This document shows positions 62,365 through 64,000 of a DNA stretch of 64,000 nt, piece after piece. The translations under genes and the position numbers were made by a program. The stretch spans positions 90,400 through 154,399 of the forward strand of contig CBDCWP010000031.1 of NCBI GenBank assembly GCA_965223505.1, written 5' to 3'. Below the pieces are notes generated by a model. That model worked only from the letters and a program-made list of their open reading frames with translations. It made no database searches and had not been told where the DNA came from. Each line of letters starts with the position of its first letter. Within the stretch, counting starts at the first letter, position 1. The DNA is from Planctomycetota bacterium (lineage in GTDB: Bacteria > Planctomycetota > PLA2 > JAEUHO01).

Positions 62365-64000
62365 GTGTCACACCAGGTACTGTCCCGCAAGTACCGGCCA
62401 CTTCGCTTCGACGACATGGTCGGCCAAGAGCACGTTGCGCGCATTCTGAGGAACGCGCTGCGCACGGGCCGCGTCGGGCACGCCTACCTGCTCGTCGGTC
62501 CGCGCGGGGTCGGCAAGACCACCACGGCGCGCATCTTCGCGAAGGCCCTGAACTGCTCCGGACACGCGAACGGTGCCGCCGGGGACGCCGCCGCCGCGGA
62601 CGATGACAGTCGGGACATCGAGCCGTGCGGCGCGTGTGCCTCGTGTCGTGACATCACCGCGGGGGTCGACCTCGACGTCGTCGAGCTCGACGCCGCGTCG
62701 AACAACCACGTCGAAGACGTGCGCAACCTGCGCGAGCAGGTCGGGTACGCGACGGTGCGCGCGCCGCATCGCATCTGGATCGTCGACGAGGTCCACATGC
62801 TCTCCCTCCCGGCGTTCAACGCGTTCCTGAAGACGCTGGAAGAGCCGCCGGAGAGCGTGAAGTTCATCTTCTGCACCACCGAAGAGCACAAGCTCCCCGA
62901 CACGTTCAAGAGCCGCTGCCAGCGCGTCGAATTCCGCCCGATCACCGTCGCGTTGATGGCGGAGCGGTTGCGCGAGCTCGCGGGCAAGGAAGGCATCGAG
63001 CTCGACGATGACGTCGCGAACGCCATCGCGAGCGGCGCGGCGGGGGGGCTGCGCGATGCGGAGTCGCTGCTCGAACAGCTGATCGCCGCGTGCCCGGACG
63101 GCGTCGTCCGGCTGCAGGATCTGGACGCGCTCGCAGGCCGCGCACCCGCCGAGCTGTTGGAGACCCTCCTGCGGGCGGTCGCAGACGGCGACGCCTCCGC
63201 GTCCCTCGACGCGGTCGACGGTTGCCTCGCCGCCGGCTGCAAGCCGGGCGTGCTCCTGGACCAGTGGCTCGAACGACTGCGCGCGCAGATGGTGGACGCT
63301 GCGCGGACCCCGTCGGGCGAGGGCGCCGGCGTTGCGCGCATCGCACGCTCCATCGACGTGCTGTTGGCGAAGCGCGCCCACCTGCGCGCCGGCGCCGACG
63401 GCAATCTGATCGCGCAGGTCACCGCCATCGAGCTCGCGCGTCTGCCCGATGCGCGTGATCTCGACGCGCTGATCCAAGCGATGTCCGGTGCACCGCGACA
63501 GCGACACCGGGCCCCGCGGCGGCGCCGTCCGCGGGCCGGCCGGCCGCGCGTCCGACGTCCGGCCCGCCTGCGTCGTCGCGTCCCCCGTCCGCAACCCGAC
63601 GGTCCAAGGGCCTGGGGTCCAAGGGCCTGGGGTCGACGGGCCGGGGGTCGAAGGACAAGCCCTCGAGGACGAGCAGCCGCCGCAGGCGCGCGCGGCGGAT
63701 CGACGTGCCGGCGGCGCCGCGGTCGCGACCCTCGACGAGAGCGCGGTGCGCACCGACTGGAAGCGCTTCCTCGCCGCGGTCCGTGTTCGCGACGCCCGGC
63801 TGGCGGCGCTGTTGGAGCGGCTCGACATCCGCAGCGTGAAGCGCGGCGTTCTGACGTTCGAGATGCCCGTCGAGATCGACGGCGCACGGGCGACGTTCGC
63901 CCGACGCGAGATCCAGATCGCGTTCTCGCAGATCGCGCGCGAGGTGTTCGGCGAGCCCCTGCGTCCGCGCGTGCGCGCATCGGCCGCGGTGAAGGATCCG
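62365..64000 (+). CDS. dnaX: DNA polymerase III gamma/tau, partial (runs off window); frame disruption after about 63490
   Basis: GTG 62365: SHQVLSRKYRPLRFDDMVGQ, GPRGVGKTT, PCGACASC, ELDAASN, IVDEVHML, FLKTLEEPP, SRC; tau-like C-terminal segment (DWKRFL...AREVFG) is in a different frame. Confidence 0.95.
   Translation, partial: MSHQVLSRKYRPLRFDDMVGQEHVARILRNALRTGRVGHAYLLVGPRGVGKTTTARIFAKALNCSGHANGAAGDAAAADDDSRDIEPCGACASCRDITAGVDLDVVELDAASNNHVEDVRNLREQVGYATVRAPHRIWIVDEVHMLSLPAFNAFLKTLEEPPESVKFIFCTTEEHKLPDTFKSRCQRVEFRPITVALMAERLRELAGKEGIELDDDVANAIASGAAGGLRDAESLLEQLIAACPDGVVRLQDLDALAGRAPAELLETLLRAVADGDASASLDAVDGCLAAGCKPGVLLDQWLERLRAQMVDAARTPSGEGAGVARIARSIDVLLAKRAHLRAGADGNLIAQVTAIELARLPDARDLDALIQAMSGAPRQRHRAPRRRRPRAGRPRVRRPARLRRRVPRPQPDGPRAWGPRAWGRRAGGRRTSPRGRAAAAGARGGSTCRRRRGRDPRRERGAHRLEALPRRGPCSRRPAGGAVGAARHPQREARRSDVRDARRDRRRTGDVRPTRDPDRVLADRARGVRRAPASARARIGRGEGS

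Overview
A very GC-rich bacterial chromosomal segment, most likely from an uncultured member of Planctomycetota. That call rests on the planctomycete-type ECF sigma/Ser-Thr kinase pair, ECF sigmas fused to membrane-anchored beta-sandwich repeats, a prenyltransferase-repeat lipoprotein and dksA-lspA linkage. Housekeeping genes: feoAB, uvrBC, tal, xerD, dksA-like, lspA, pyrD, secA, waaA, metK, dnaE and partial dnaX. The left 22 kb is accessory. Most notable: (1) a NorC/NorB (cNOR)-derived heme-copper-superfamily pair with a rebuilt active site (helix VI His->Gly and Glu->Ala/Gln; helix X HxH->HxM; diheme NorC), co-oriented with alkylation-repair genes (ada, ATL). (2) Two membrane-tethered ECF sigma giant proteins that share an upstream promoter-like motif; each has a strong internal Shine-Dalgarno+ATG at the sigma/TM junction, suggesting sigma-less isoforms. 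(3) A single-chain ThiF(active)-TusA-ThiF(degenerate) E1-like fusion. (4) A four-helix-bundle gene bracketed by inverted heptamer arrays. (5) A recurrent intergenic CGTAA-N19-TTGCG palindrome. (6) A GTAG-REP-like element that supplies the stop codons of two convergent genes. Frameshifts in secA, an M28 peptidase, dnaX and probably the ECF sigma start look like long-read assembly errors. No rRNA, tRNA, CRISPR array or IS transposase was recognised. All calls come from motif reading by eye, with reference motifs recalled from memory; no searches were run.
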